NCBI GenBank assembly: GCA_963758525.1
Contig: CAVWVQ010000003.1
Location: 4,736,001-4,800,000 of the forward strand
Source of the DNA: an uncultured Phycisphaerales bacterium
Lineage (GTDB): Bacteria; Planctomycetota; Phycisphaerae; Tepidisphaerales; Tepidisphaeraceae
Length of the DNA stretch: 64,000 bases
Direction of reading: 5' to 3'
The notes beneath the pieces were generated by a model. That model worked only from the letters and a program-made list of their open reading frames with translations, was not told the origin of the DNA and searched no databases. Below are positions 50,799-62,444 of this stretch, one piece after another (the stretch's first letter is position 1; each line of letters opens with the position of its first letter). Both the position numbers and the translations under genes were made by a program.

Positions 50799-52895
50799 CT
50801 ATTGCGATGCCGAAAAGCTAAGTGACTCTTCCAAGACACGTCGTAGAACACTCACCACACTTAGTCGAGCCCGGAGCATTCCCATCGCCAGCACCGGTGG
50901 AAGGCAGTCGCTGAACTTCAGATTGTCCAGGGCCTTGGTTCCAAGGGATGCAGGCCATAGCTTGGGGGCCGATTCCCACACCTGATCCATCAGCGTGGTT
51001 TGTAACTTGTTCATTTCGGTGTTCACCTTGATTGAAAAGTTGTCCGCTGTGGTTTTGATTCCGATCGCAGTGAATGCCTCCGCGAACGTGGCATTGGCCC
51101 GTAGCCCTGCGAATGTCCACCACTCACAGGCACCTGGACCGGAAGGAATGATCGCTGTGCTATCGACGTGACACCAAGGCATGTCGAGCCGCACTTCGTC
51201 GATGGCTTCACAGGCGCGGCGTGACCATTGTGGCTGGTGGCTGTCCATCGACATGACTTGCCGAATCGCCTGGCACAACTCAAACGACAGTGCTGGGCTT
51301 GCCCCTAACCACTGGGATCGTCCCTTCAGCTCCGTCGGCACGACGTAGGCGACCCGGGCGTCCCAATCCAGGTGCGAGACCTGCCAGCCGCGTCCCGCCA
51401 GAAGGATCACAGGTTTTTCATTGTTACGAAGAACGAACGAGATCTGGTCGATCAGTCCAATCTCTCGCTGGCCATGCAGCACCCGAAAGAGAGGTGGTGA
51501 TGTGAAGCAGGACAGCAATGCCATGAAATTCTTACGGCCGTAACTATCTTCCCCCTCTCCGCCGATCGAGAGCAGGCCGTTGTCACTGACCAGCAGCGTC
51601 GCGGCGACCATGTGGTCAATCACGGCGTCTAGCGTGGCTGCGGGTACGGTTGCAAAACCGGGCATGGCTCCGATCCATTCCTGCCAGCGATCGCGAGCTA
51701 AGCCAGCTTCCTGCAACGCCAATGCCATGATCTGCTGAGCGAAGATATGCAGCGGCATCGACGGTGGATTCACCGGCTCGACGTATCCACTGGCCCATAG
51801 CTGAATGAGTCCTGCGGCCTGGATGAGCGCGCCACGGTCTGTTGCCAGGAACAGGCAGTTTCGCTGCGTGCCCGGGCGCCGGCCGGTTCTGCCAATGCGT
51901 TGCAGGAATGACGCGACGGTTGATGGGGCGTCGATCTGAATGACGCGGTCCAGATCACCGACGTCGATCCCTAACTCCAGTGTGCTCGTTGCAACGATGA
52001 CGCAGTTGCTCCGGCCCGCGAACGCCGCTTCGGCCTGGCGGCGCTCATCGGCGCTAAGCGAACTGTGGGAGACGAATGTCTCGATACCCTTGTCGCGGAG
52101 CATACGGCCAAGCTGTTCCACCCGGGCACGGCTGTCGCAGAATACGAGCCGCTTCTCGCCTGCATGCAGCATGGAGACCACCGTGGCGGCGTTCTCCAGC
52201 GAGCCAACGTAATCCAACTGCACTTCGGCCTGGGCTCCGCCCGTGGTCGCTGCATCAACCACCTCACCGATAGTCGATTGTCCCGCCAGCCAAACCAGTA
52301 ATTCTGTCGCATTGCCGACCGTCGCCGAGAGGCCGGCTCGTTGAAGGGGCCGTCCGGCGATGTGTTGAATACGCTCCAGCACCGAAAGCAGGTGCCAGCC
52401 GCGGTCGTCGCCGGCAAAGGCGTGCATCTCATCAACGACCACCGCGCGGACGTTCGAGAGAAGCTGCGGATGTTTACGGTGGCGCATGACCAGCAATACT
52501 TCCAGGGATTCCGGGGTCGTCAGCAGGATGTCCGGTGGCTCGGAGATGATCGACCGCCGTTCACTATCTGATGTATCACCGTGCCAGAGCTGGCACTGGC
52601 GTCCCACCAGCGTGCAGTAATGTTCGAGCCGCGGCAGAAGGTTGTTGAGCAACGCCTTGATCGGGCAGACATAGAGGATGCTCAGGCCGGTCCAGCCCTC
52701 GGCCAGCGCCCTTGAGAGCAGCGGAAAGATCGCCGCTTCAGTCTTGCCGCCAGCGGTGGGAGCGAGCACCAGAACGCTTTTCCCATCGAGGATCGGCGCG
52801 ATACATCGCTCCTGTACTGGCCGGAGATTCTTCCATCCCAGTGAGTTGACCACATGGTGCTGAATGGAGGGATGAAGTCTGTCGAAGTCACTCAC
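50799..52895 (-). CDS. brxHI: BREX type 2 Lhr-like helicase BrxHI
   Basis: APTAGGKTEAA, DEMH, TLELGIDVGDL, QRIGRTGRR; follows brxD. Confidence 0.88.
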   Translation of the reverse strand: MSDFDRLHPSIQHHVVNSLGWKNLRPVQERCIAPILDGKSVLVLAPTAGGKTEAAIFPLLSRALAEGWTGLSILYVCPIKALLNNLLPRLEHYCTLVGRQCQLWHGDTSDSERRSIISEPPDILLTTPESLEVLLVMRHRKHPQLLSNVRAVVVDEMHAFAGDDRGWHLLSVLERIQHIAGRPLQRAGLSATVGNATELLVWLAGQSTIGEVVDAATTGGAQAEVQLDYVGSLENAATVVSMLHAGEKRLVFCDSRARVEQLGRMLRDKGIETFVSHSSLSADERRQAEAAFAGRSNCVIVATSTLELGIDVGDLDRVIQIDAPSTVASFLQRIGRTGRRPGTQRNCLFLATDRGALIQAAGLIQLWASGYVEPVNPPSMPLHIFAQQIMALALQEAGLARDRWQEWIGAMPGFATVPAATLDAVIDHMVAATLLVSDNGLLSIGGEGEDSYGRKNFMALLSCFTSPPLFRVLHGQREIGLIDQISFVLRNNEKPVILLAGRGWQVSHLDWDARVAYVVPTELKGRSQWLGASPALSFELCQAIRQVMSMDSHQPQWSRRACEAIDEVRLDMPWCHVDSTAIIPSGPGACEWWTFAGLRANATFAEAFTAIGIKTTADNFSIKVNTEMNKLQTTLMDQVWESAPKLWPASLGTKALDNLKFSDCLPPVLAMGMLRARLSVVSVLRRVLEESLSFSASQ

Positions 52896-52932
52896 GAAAA
52901 TTGCGCCTGGAAGAATAGGATAGCAGAAGAAC

Positions 52933-54246
52933 TCAAACCTGCAGGTCGATGTCGTCCACGCCCTTGGCCGCGTTTCGCTCGGCCGTCCTCATCTCGTGGT
53001 CGTCGACAGTGAGCTGATAGTGCATCTTGGGATCGAAGTCGGCGTGTAGATCGATACGGTCCAAAACATCTGCGACCAGCTTCTTGAGGAAGAGACGGGG
53101 TGCAATCCCCACTTTGCCGCCGAGTGAGCCCGTGACGGCTCGTGCCAGCCGATCAAGGTATTCGTCGTCGGCCAGCGCAAGGATGCGCTGCCCGTTCGCG
53201 CAATGGGAGGCGTAAATGTCACGAACACGACGGCCGACATCGGCCAGCGATTGGAGTGAAAATCCGGGGAGTCGGATCTGCACTGCCCGTGGACTGTCGA
53301 ACCGAGCGTCCGTCTTAGTGTCCAGGTACAACCGCTGCGCGAGCGGCTCCAATCGCCGTACGCCTTGTGGCCCTTCATAGAACGCGGGCGTGCCGGTGAT
53401 AAGCAAGTACAGCCCTGGGAAGCGGCCGGCATCGACCTCGTCGAGTAACTGCCGAAGTGCGTTGAGCCCCTTATCTCTGATGTCACCGCGTACCCGTTGG
53501 ATTGTCTCCACTTCATCCAGGACGAGTACGAGCCCGGGATGGCCCGAATCGCGCAGTACCACGAGCAAGCCCTGTAGAAAGCTGAGCGCACCGTAGTGGT
53601 CGATGTCACCCTTCACGCCGGCTGCCTTCTTCGACGCCTGAGCGACATTCGGCTGGCCAGCGACCCAGGCGAGGATGCCATCGGCGACTGCCGTATCACC
53701 CGCGCCGACGGCGCCGCGGTACCCGCGCAGCGCGGCGGCAAACATCGGGGCCGTTCGCGTCACCGATGCAAGACGCTTCTCCATCAGGTCGTTGGTCGAA
53801 TCCAGTAGTGCCTTGCTATCCGACGCGTTGACCTGGCCAGATGCCAGAACATCTTCCTCCAGGGCATAGAACCATGCGTCGACGATTTCCCGCAATGCCC
53901 CTTGAGGCGTGCTGGCGGTGGACAATCGTTCCATGAGCCGACGGTAGACGGTTTCGAGTTGGTGCAGCGGCGTCTCCGTCTCCGACACCTGCACCTCGGC
54001 TGCGGCAAAGCCTTGCTGACGGGCGTGCTCCTGGAGCCAACGGGCGAAGAATGTCTTGCCCGATCCGTACTCACCCCGCACGGCCTTAAAGATGCTGCCG
54101 CCACCTTTGATCCGGCCCAACTCCTCGTCAATTGCTCCCTGAAAATGTTCCAGACCAACAGCAAACGCATCGAGGCTCCGCTGGGGCACGGTGCCACGAC
54201 GAAGGGCGTCGAGAATCTCCTGCCGGCGTTGAGGGCTGATGTTCAT
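52933..54246 (-). CDS. brxD: BREX ATP-binding protein BrxD (DUF2791)
   Basis: ALRRGTVP, GEYGSGKT Walker A, LVLDEVE Walker B. Confidence 0.9.
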   Translation of the reverse strand: MNISPQRRQEILDALRRGTVPQRSLDAFAVGLEHFQGAIDEELGRIKGGGSIFKAVRGEYGSGKTFFARWLQEHARQQGFAAAEVQVSETETPLHQLETVYRRLMERLSTASTPQGALREIVDAWFYALEEDVLASGQVNASDSKALLDSTNDLMEKRLASVTRTAPMFAAALRGYRGAVGAGDTAVADGILAWVAGQPNVAQASKKAAGVKGDIDHYGALSFLQGLLVVLRDSGHPGLVLVLDEVETIQRVRGDIRDKGLNALRQLLDEVDAGRFPGLYLLITGTPAFYEGPQGVRRLEPLAQRLYLDTKTDARFDSPRAVQIRLPGFSLQSLADVGRRVRDIYASHCANGQRILALADDEYLDRLARAVTGSLGGKVGIAPRLFLKKLVADVLDRIDLHADFDPKMHYQLTVDDHEMRTAERNAAKGVDDIDLQV

Positions 54247-54256
54247 GAGCGTTCAT

Positions 54257-56980
54257 TCACTGGACATCGAACTGCACCTTGAGCCGCTCGACGTCCAGTA
54301 CAACGGAATCGGAGGCTTCGTCGATGGAAAGTACATCCACGCCGTCGAAGTTTAGCAGACGTCGCATCGCGGCGATGATCCCGGGCAGGCGAAGGGGAGG
54401 CAAATTGAGGTACCGCGCCAGCCCGGGCCGAAGGATCTTGCCGCCCCGACTCGTGATGACGAGTAGGAAGTTGCGGACAACTTCGTCGGAAATCGGCGTG
54501 CGTCCGGCGGACTTCCGCTGGTTCCCAAACACCGGACTGGTCAACAGTGGCTCCAGCCAGTTTGGTGCCGCCATCGGGACGATGACCGTTGCCGCAACCA
54601 CTGGTGTCGGTGCTGGAGTCTTTGGCAGATCGAATAGTGACTCGGGCTCCTTCAGGGAGATTGCTACCGTGGACGGCACTGCCTCGGCAATGCCTCCCGG
54701 TGCAGCCGTGCTCTCAGGCGGCTGGTTATCCCACCACGCCGGCTGATACAAGGCGACTTCCGACCAGCCATCGGGACGCTTTCCGGTGGACGGAATCAAG
54801 ACTGCAAGCGGCGCGAGCATTTCCTGCGGGGCGAGCCCGCCATGGTACCCGTTCTTCTTCAGCCCGAAGTGGATTCGTTCGGACCAGAGTGCGATCAACT
54901 CGCCGCCGTCAGCAACGACGCGCTGTCCCTTCACTTGGAGTTCGCCATCTCGTAGCGTTCCGGTCGCCGAACGCCATCGTTCGCCGCGATCGGACTCCCG
55001 GTATGTAGTCTGGCGGTCGATCACATGCCCGTGATCGCTGGCAAGGATCAGCGTCCTCCCCGCCATCGCTGCTTCGTGCAGCAGCGATTGAAGTACGCGA
55101 ATGTAACCGACCGTCCACCGCGGTTGCACCTGATCGCCCTTGAGCAGATGGTCATCCACTGCGTTGATCACCACAGCGATCACCCGGCGGTTGGAGGCGA
55201 TGGTCCTTCGCAGATCCGCCGCCAGGTCGTTCCCTGCTCCCTCGGAAAGCTCTGCCTTGTGGAACAACACGGGATGTCCCGCATTACGACTGGCTTTGAC
55301 CAGCCCGGCATGCGTCGTAAAGCCAGCATTGGCTTCGGATTGCCCGCCCTGTGTCAGCCGACCACACAGCAGGGTTGTGCGCGAGAACTGCGTGACTGAG
55401 GGGATGGTCGCCACCACCGGCCGGCCGCCCGGGAACGCGGGTTGTTCAAGCTGAACCCATCCATGACGGTTGATCAAATCGTCGAGCAGCTCCCGGAAGA
55501 CGGCAAAGCTCGTGCCGTCGATCACCAACAGCAGGACCGGCGTCTGATCCGCCAGCGGGGCCACAACTTCATCAAGCACGGACTCGATCGCCAGTACCGT
55601 TTGGGGCTTCGATGCAGCCGTTGTCCACTCGACCAGCGACCGCGCGAACTGCTCGTTCTGGGCTTCCCGCCAGGCGGTGACAGCGCCGGCAAGCTTGGTG
55701 AAAGCATCGGCGAGTTCTGCGCGCCCTTCGCCGGCAACCACGCTCCGACCCCAATCCACGAAGCCGCCATCTTTCGCGTAGGCCGCTGCAAGCTGCTCAA
55801 ACGGTGCCGCATGGGTGGGCTCGGGCATCGGAGCCTGCGCGAGAAACTGCGCCAGTCGTAGTGACATGTCGATGCGACGTACGCGATCGGCCTGCAGTTT
55901 GGCTTGGTCGTGGGCCGTGACAGACGCCGCGGCTTCCACGAGCGACTTCAGGGGCGTTGCTGAGCGGGTTTCAAGCCATCCAGTCAGAGCGGAAGCGTAA
56001 CTCACCAACCGGCGCTCAAATCCTTCGGGCAGAACATCGCTTAGATGGGCGACTTCCACAGCCTTCAATTCAGAGACGAGTTGATCGGCTCGTGCGAGAA
56101 CCGAACGGGCGGCGTTCACGCCCTCGGTCGACTGGATGCCACGCACCACGGCTTCAGACGCCGCGGCCCATTGTCGCCCGGCGTGGGGGCTCAGCGGGTG
56201 ATCCAGTATGTATTTCTCCAGCCGCACAGCACCGGCGGGGAACGAAGCGTCTTTGCCGGTTGACGGATGAAACAGAATCCCGCAGATCAAACCGAGCGGC
56301 ACGGCATCCGCGCCGTGACCGCCGTCGATGCAATTCAGGACCGCCTCGGCCGCTAGCCCGCACGCACCAATCAGATGTTCCCTCAGCCCGGCCCGGAATC
56401 CGTCATCGAGTTCCGCGTATCGGCGCAAGGCGTCTTTGTCGCGGGTCCAGGCAGCTAGAGCTTCCAAGTCAACGGGGCTGCGTTCAATGCCGAGCTTCCG
56501 CGTCAGGAGCACCTTCCAGACCGTCGCGGCATCGAGCACACCGGCCGGCACCGGCTCGAACCCGCCGTCTGGCAACAACGACAGCAATGCCTCGGCGATC
56601 CAAGCGTGCGTCGCCACCTGCGGATCGAGTTGCCGGGCCTGGAATTGTTCCAGCAGCATATCCCAGGCCCGAACGGTTTCCAGCCGGCTCCGCATGAGCC
56701 GGGCCAGCACATCAGCGCCGAGTTGATGCTCGTCGAGTGGCGTAACCAGAACCAAACCGCGGGGACCGACGTCGTACTCCGTCAGGCGGCTGCGGGCTTC
56801 CAGCGGACCGGCGCACCAGACGATGTCGTACGGACGGCCATCCACAGCGAATGCATCTCCGCCCGACCACTTTGCCGGCGAACGGATTCCCACCGCCAGG
56901 TTTGGATTGACCTTGGCGTGCTTGCGAAGCCGCTGAACATGGGCTCGGATCTGCGTCAGACTGGGTGCGACCGGGACCAT
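54257..56980 (-). CDS. pglZ: BREX-2 PglZ alkaline-phosphatase-fold protein
   Basis: LLLVIDGTS, PSVTQFSR, SDHGH, GYHGG; ATG at 56980 just after the corrected pglY end. Confidence 0.9.
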   Translation of the reverse strand: MVPVAPSLTQIRAHVQRLRKHAKVNPNLAVGIRSPAKWSGGDAFAVDGRPYDIVWCAGPLEARSRLTEYDVGPRGLVLVTPLDEHQLGADVLARLMRSRLETVRAWDMLLEQFQARQLDPQVATHAWIAEALLSLLPDGGFEPVPAGVLDAATVWKVLLTRKLGIERSPVDLEALAAWTRDKDALRRYAELDDGFRAGLREHLIGACGLAAEAVLNCIDGGHGADAVPLGLICGILFHPSTGKDASFPAGAVRLEKYILDHPLSPHAGRQWAAASEAVVRGIQSTEGVNAARSVLARADQLVSELKAVEVAHLSDVLPEGFERRLVSYASALTGWLETRSATPLKSLVEAAASVTAHDQAKLQADRVRRIDMSLRLAQFLAQAPMPEPTHAAPFEQLAAAYAKDGGFVDWGRSVVAGEGRAELADAFTKLAGAVTAWREAQNEQFARSLVEWTTAASKPQTVLAIESVLDEVVAPLADQTPVLLLVIDGTSFAVFRELLDDLINRHGWVQLEQPAFPGGRPVVATIPSVTQFSRTTLLCGRLTQGGQSEANAGFTTHAGLVKASRNAGHPVLFHKAELSEGAGNDLAADLRRTIASNRRVIAVVINAVDDHLLKGDQVQPRWTVGYIRVLQSLLHEAAMAGRTLILASDHGHVIDRQTTYRESDRGERWRSATGTLRDGELQVKGQRVVADGGELIALWSERIHFGLKKNGYHGGLAPQEMLAPLAVLIPSTGKRPDGWSEVALYQPAWWDNQPPESTAAPGGIAEAVPSTVAISLKEPESLFDLPKTPAPTPVVAATVIVPMAAPNWLEPLLTSPVFGNQRKSAGRTPISDEVVRNFLLVITSRGGKILRPGLARYLNLPPLRLPGIIAAMRRLLNFDGVDVLSIDEASDSVVLDVERLKVQFDVQ

Positions 56981-56985
56981 CGTGA

Positions 56986-59900
56986 TTACTTCTCCCGACG
57001 ATGCGATTCCCAGCGAATCGTCAGGCGGGTGGCGCCGTCCAGTTTTTGCCGCAGCTTTTTCATCAGCTCGTCGAACGCAACGGCATCGACAAGCTCGCCA
57101 TCGCCCCCATCGGCCTTGACCCATCCCGGCGAGGGTGGCGGGATCGGCGGTCCGACGACAGTTGGCTTAACTGCCGGCGGCACGATCAGCAACTTCACAG
57201 CGCGTTCATGCAGCGATGACAATGCCGGTGCGAGCGCGACGGCATGTTCGTCAGCGCTCGAGCGCCTCCCGCAGCTCTGTCAAAATGGCTTGCGCCGTCG
57301 GCTGCTTCTCCGTGCCCAGCCCGGCCAATCCTTCGATCACGTTCCAGATCGGCGCATCCAACGCACCTACCACGACTCCGGCTTTCTTCAGGCTCGTGCC
57401 CATTGCGGCCTCAGTCGTTGGCACCGTGGCCTTCATCAGGGTGTTGACTGTGTCCTCCCGGCCGGTTTGCACTGCCTCAAGCAGTTTCATCGTGGCCATG
57501 GCGGTGCGGAACCTCGGGCTCTTGTCCTTCTCGATATCGAACTGCGGCAGGATCTGGCTCAGTCGCGCCGCGAGTTTCGCCACTGGCTCCTGATGTTGCG
57601 CCGCCACTGTTCGCACGTCCTCGCAGAATTTCGCCAGGTTGATCGCGTTGAGCAGCGGCGAGGTGGTGACACCGAAGATTGTTGCACCGCGTTTGCTGGC
57701 CGCGTCCCAATCCGCCTTAGGCGGCAGGTGGATGGATCGCAACTCTAAGTTTGTCGGCACGTCATCTAGCGCTGGCTGGTACGGTCCGCCGTGCTGGAAG
57801 AACGAATGATTGATCTGCTCGGCAAACGTCAGAATCACCAGATTCCGCACCTCGCGCGTGAGCCCCATCGGTGTCGGCTCGTCGATCCATTTGATGAGCT
57901 TCTCCGTCGTCAGCAGCCCGCCAGCGGCGGCTTGCTTCCGCTCGAAATGGTTCTTCCACCAGGTGCCGAGAACCAGATGCGTTTCAGCCATCTCACCGAT
58001 CCGCAGGGGATTCACTACGAGCTTCAGCACCGTCCGATTTGGCTGATCGACCAATACGCGTCCATCCGGCGATTGCAGCGCCCGCTGTACCTCGGGGTAC
58101 ACCTTGTTCTTCAACATCGACGGCCGAATCTCCGCCTCGAACAGCGGGTGGCCGGGATACTGGTGATCCAGCGCCTGACCGACCAGGTGCTCCAGTTGCT
58201 GCCGAAGGTTCGCGCCAACGGGTGATTGAGGCTTGAAGCTGTCGTCGAGCGAGAAGACATGCGTGGCCAAATCGTGCGTCGTATCCAGTGCGCCGGGCGG
58301 CGGCGTGTCGGTGCCGTAGGCGGCCTCCAGGCATTTCACCATTTTCTGGCGGAGTTGGCTTCGCTGATTCTCCATCAACGACTTGGCCGACACCCGGTCC
58401 ATCGGCGACAGATGCGCCGCCAGCGCGTTGAACCGTTCCTCCTTCAGGCAGTGGTCGAGCAACACCAGCTTGCCCAACTCACGCTGCAGCTCCATGCTGA
58501 GAAACGACGGCAGCCACGCAATCGTCAGATGCCGTCCGCCGACCTGCGATGCGAACATGTCGAGCCGGGCGCGGTCGTCGGCCGGGCCGTGTCCATCAAC
58601 GTCCAGCGGGAAATCGACGATCACCTTCCAGGTCGGCCCCTCATTTTGCAGCGACACATCCGGCAGGTCTCGTACATTCGTAAACAACACATCAAATGAA
58701 CGCTTCGTGCCGCGCCAGATCGTTTCGTGCGTGAGCTGAAGCTCATCGGTGTTCTCGATGGCGAACTGCTCGCAGAGAATTTCCCAGATCTTCCGTCGTC
58801 GATTGCCATGGTTGTCTTCGCTCTTGGCCTTCTCCAGGATGCTCTCGATATCCACGCCGGTGAGCATGATCGAGATCGTCGGGTTGGCCGTGTCATCGCT
58901 GAATCGGATCTGGCCAACGCGGGCGACCCAGTTGCGGCACTTGCCAAGTACCATCTGTCCCTCGCGGCCAGGAATGGGCGAGCGGATTGTTCCGTGATTC
59001 AGAGCCGCCAGCTTCGCGCCGGTCATGCCGCGGAAGGATTCGACCTGCGGCACCAGTGCTGCCAGCAGAAGCGTTTTGATCAGCCGTTCGTCGTTGCGGA
59101 ACTTGGCTGCGACCGCATCATCCCACGGGCGCTTCAGCACGTCTTCGCGACGCAATCCATGCTCCTGCTCCAGCATGGGCAGCAGCTGCTCGTGGTACAG
59201 CCTTCGTGCCGAATCAAAGGACCGGCGCATTTCGTCGATGAACGCCTCGTCGCCGTGAGCGACGTAATCCCACAGGTCACCGGCCGGCACGATGTCGCCC
59301 AGCTTCAGCGTTTCCCGCTGATCAACCAGCAATTCCAGCATCACCTTCAGCGCCGTGCGTTCCCGCTGGAGCATCGACGACACGGCTACAAGCGTGTCCA
59401 TCAGCGCAGGGCTGAAGGGGTAGACCTTGCGGAACATCTCCCGGCTTCCCTGGCTGGTAAGCAGCGTGTCGGTCACTTCCTGGCGAAACCGCTCCGTCTC
59501 CTTGAACGCCGTGTCGATCTGCTGCCGTGCCCCCTCGCTCTTGGGCTTCAGCACGCGCTCCGCCGCGATGGCGGGAAGATTGCGGTCCTCCAGCTTGATG
59601 GTGGCGAAGCGCCCTTCCCAATGCTTCAGCGCATCGGAGAATCGAAGCTGCTCGACGCCGGTGATGTTTTCCCCGACCAGTTCCCGCAGATCCCTCTGCC
59701 GGGCGACGAAGCTGACGATCGGCACAGGGCGGTCAGCCCGCTGGGCTTCCACGAGTTTGGCCAGCTTCTGCCCCTCACGATGAACGAAGTCCACATCCGC
59801 CGCCCGGCTGGCGAGCCAGAGCACCAATTCATCTAGGAACAGCACTACGGCGTCGTATCCCAGATCCGCAGCATGGCGGCTGATGACCGACAGCCCATTG

Positions 59901-60625
59901 TCCAGATCGATAAACGCCGTGGCGTCGTTTGCCGCCGCGGCGGAGTACATCGGAAGCAGGTGCTTCACCAGATCGCCCACGAGCCGGCCGCGCTCTTCGG
60001 AGTTCGGCGGGCTCGTTGCCGCCTTCTCAAAGGACGCCGCATCCCACGCGCCTTCCAGATCACCCCACTCGCCGGATTTCTCTCCGCTGTTGAGCGCGGC
60101 CAGGAATGAATCGTCACCCATCCGGCTCCGCAGCACGCGGGCGTTTTGCAAGAGCAGTTCCGACTTATACACCGCCGGCACCGGCGCCTTTGGATGCAGC
60201 CGCTGGACATGCTCGGCATACCCGCCCAGGATCGCCGACTCCATATTGGCCGCGCCGATCATGTGGTACGGGATGAGCAAGAACTTACGGTTCTCCGTCC
60301 AGGCGTTGTGCCTAGCCACGACGGGCGCGAGCTTGGCGATCGACCGGGCATGAACATCCCGATTGAGCAGCAGGTGCAGGATCGCCATGAAATGGCTCTT
60401 GCCGCTGCCGAAGCTGCCATGGAGGTAGCAGGCCCGCGAGTTGCGCGCGTCGATCGCCCCCTTCACAAACGTCAGCGCATCGTCAAAGCAGGTCACGAGC
60501 TGGTCGGTGACGACGTAGGTGTCCACCGTCTTCTGCGAGTCTTGCACACCGGCAGACAAATTCAGGACGAAGTCGCCGCGGAAGACCTTGTCGGGCAGCG
60601 AGATCAATTCCTGGATAAGTGTCAT
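56986..60625 (-). CDS. pglY: BREX-2 ATPase PglY; +1 frameshift near 57256
   Basis: YLHGSFGSGKSHFMA, LFLDELVLWL, YPFSPAL; after LREALE the alternate frame continues ADEHAVALAPALSSLHE.. to 56986. Confidence 0.88.
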
Positions 60626-60950
60626 TTTTCCACGCCCATTCGGTTCGCCTGCCTCTCCCCCGAACGTGGATTGGCCAAGCGGCGGTGATTGTAGTGCAAC
60701 GGTCACTAGGATCGAAGCGCGTGCAGAGCGGCGGAAATCCGATAGTGGTTGGGGTTGACGAGCCGAGCTTCAAAACGTCCGAGGCTGGTGTCCAAGTTCG
60801 AGCGACAACGGTAATCGCGTCGCAAACCGGATATTCGGTATACTCGCGCGGACTGAGATGCCACTCTGCGCACACCCTCGAATCTGTCCTAAGTTGAGCG
60901 CGATCGACAATTGACCGAACCGACCGTTTCGGCGACAAAACATAAAGAAC

Positions 60951-61730
60951 ATGGGTGAATCGAACGCGCAAGCTGCCCGGAAGAAGTACCTGAACCCTCC
61001 GGTCGTTGAGATTGCGGCGGACTTCCAAATGCCACGCGGTAGTGGCCAGGACTGGGATTGGAACCAGGCCGCTTTATTCCTTGAGAACGTAATCGAGTCT
61101 GGCGAACCCCTCGAAAGCCTTCAAGAAATGAAAATTCTTCGGCAGCGCGGGAGAGCGTCGAAGCATTCCGGAAGCAATAATCCCGAAATTCAGCTGACTG
61201 AGAACACACTGCGGCAGCGGCGTTACATAGTGGGCCGCTCGCATTGCATTCAGATTGCTCCCGAACGTCTGATCGTTAACTGCGTCAAGAATGAGCACCA
61301 GACGCCCACTTACCGCGTCTTGGAGCCACTTGTCTTGAAGTATCTGGCTGCTTATCGGGAGTTTTTCGGCCCCGATGGGATAAAAAGCCTATCGTTGAGT
61401 TACGTAGATGATGTTACGCTGCCGGTTAGTCCGGCCGTGGATTTGTCCGAGTATTTCAATATTCGCGTTGATTTTCCCGAGGTGTTTGGCAGTACCCAGA
61501 GCTTCAATGTACGGGCGGAGTGGGCTTCCGGTCCTCTCGCGGTACGATTGGAGCTGAAAGACGTGAAACCGTTCACGTTTCGCCTCGACTGGCAGGCAAC
61601 CAAATCGCTCCCCCATGCATCGCCAATTAGTGATGCGATGGTTTCACTGGGTGAGTGCAGGACAGTATTGAGTGAGCGTTTCGAGGCGTCGCTGACTGAC
61701 CGGTCGCGACAGCTTTTCAACCCGGAGTAA
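60951..61730 (+). CDS. TIGR04255-like protein
   Basis: YLNPPVVEIAADF N-terminus, IQIAPERLIVN, LSLSYVDDV, FEASLTD C-terminus. Confidence 0.65.
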   Translation: MGESNAQAARKKYLNPPVVEIAADFQMPRGSGQDWDWNQAALFLENVIESGEPLESLQEMKILRQRGRASKHSGSNNPEIQLTENTLRQRRYIVGRSHCIQIAPERLIVNCVKNEHQTPTYRVLEPLVLKYLAAYREFFGPDGIKSLSLSYVDDVTLPVSPAVDLSEYFNIRVDFPEVFGSTQSFNVRAEWASGPLAVRLELKDVKPFTFRLDWQATKSLPHASPISDAMVSLGECRTVLSERFEASLTDRSRQLFNPE

Positions 61731-61734
61731 AGAA

Positions 61735-62427
61735 GTGTTTTCTTACGCACCTCCTCCCAGCGAGTACGTGAATCTCGCCCCTCTGCACGAGGGGGCGTCA
61801 ATTCAGGAAGAGCAGTCATGGCTGGCTCGAAGCATTGAACAGATCACGATGAGCGGCGTGCCGCGTGACTCGGTTCGTGTCGGCCGTACCGTCTACCCGT
61901 TTCGGCGGCAGTTGGTGGAGCGAATCGGACCCGCATTCTACTCACTCGATGGATTCTTCCCGCACATCGTTGGCGAGGGAAAGAATTCGGAAGCTGCCAG
62001 AAGGGATTTTGAAGAGAAACTCCATGTCGCGTTCCAAGATACTGCCCGAACGGCTGACTTTGATCGGACTATCGTCCAGCAGCGTCTCTGGTTGCTCTGT
62101 TCGAGCTTGATAGACATCGCAGCGTATGACCAGCTGCGCACAGTGACCGTCACCCGGATTGGGAAGGTGATCGGCAGTCCCCGCGCAGGCCTGATCAAGA
62201 TTCGATGGGCATCGGGCGTGGCTCAGAGAATTGACGCCAGAAAAGCAGTGCCGGAGTTTGCTGCCCTTCAAATTGGCCAGTGGTTTGAGGCCGTAATTCG
62301 TACAAACTACCTGAGCGCCAAGCTATTGTCCGTCGAACACGTCGCACGGATCCGAACCCCCGTTTTTACCGCCACCGCCCGCAGTGAGTTCTGGAACTCA
62401 GTCCTTCCACCCGCGAAGCAGGCCTGA
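61735..62427 (+). CDS. Hypothetical protein with a possible HicB-like segment
   Basis: FPHIVGEGKNSEAARRDFEEKLH resembles the HicB N-terminal strand-helix; tightly spaced between neighbours. Confidence 0.6.
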   Translation: MFSYAPPPSEYVNLAPLHEGASIQEEQSWLARSIEQITMSGVPRDSVRVGRTVYPFRRQLVERIGPAFYSLDGFFPHIVGEGKNSEAARRDFEEKLHVAFQDTARTADFDRTIVQQRLWLLCSSLIDIAAYDQLRTVTVTRIGKVIGSPRAGLIKIRWASGVAQRIDARKAVPEFAALQIGQWFEAVIRTNYLSAKLLSVEHVARIRTPVFTATARSEFWNSVLPPAKQA

Positions 62428-62444
62428 GCGACTCGCCAATCCAG

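Noticed and set aside
56606..57748. 380-aa plus-strand ORF and the 57124 start for pglZ
   Set aside because: Antisense shadow; 56986-57250 is the frameshifted C-terminus of pglY
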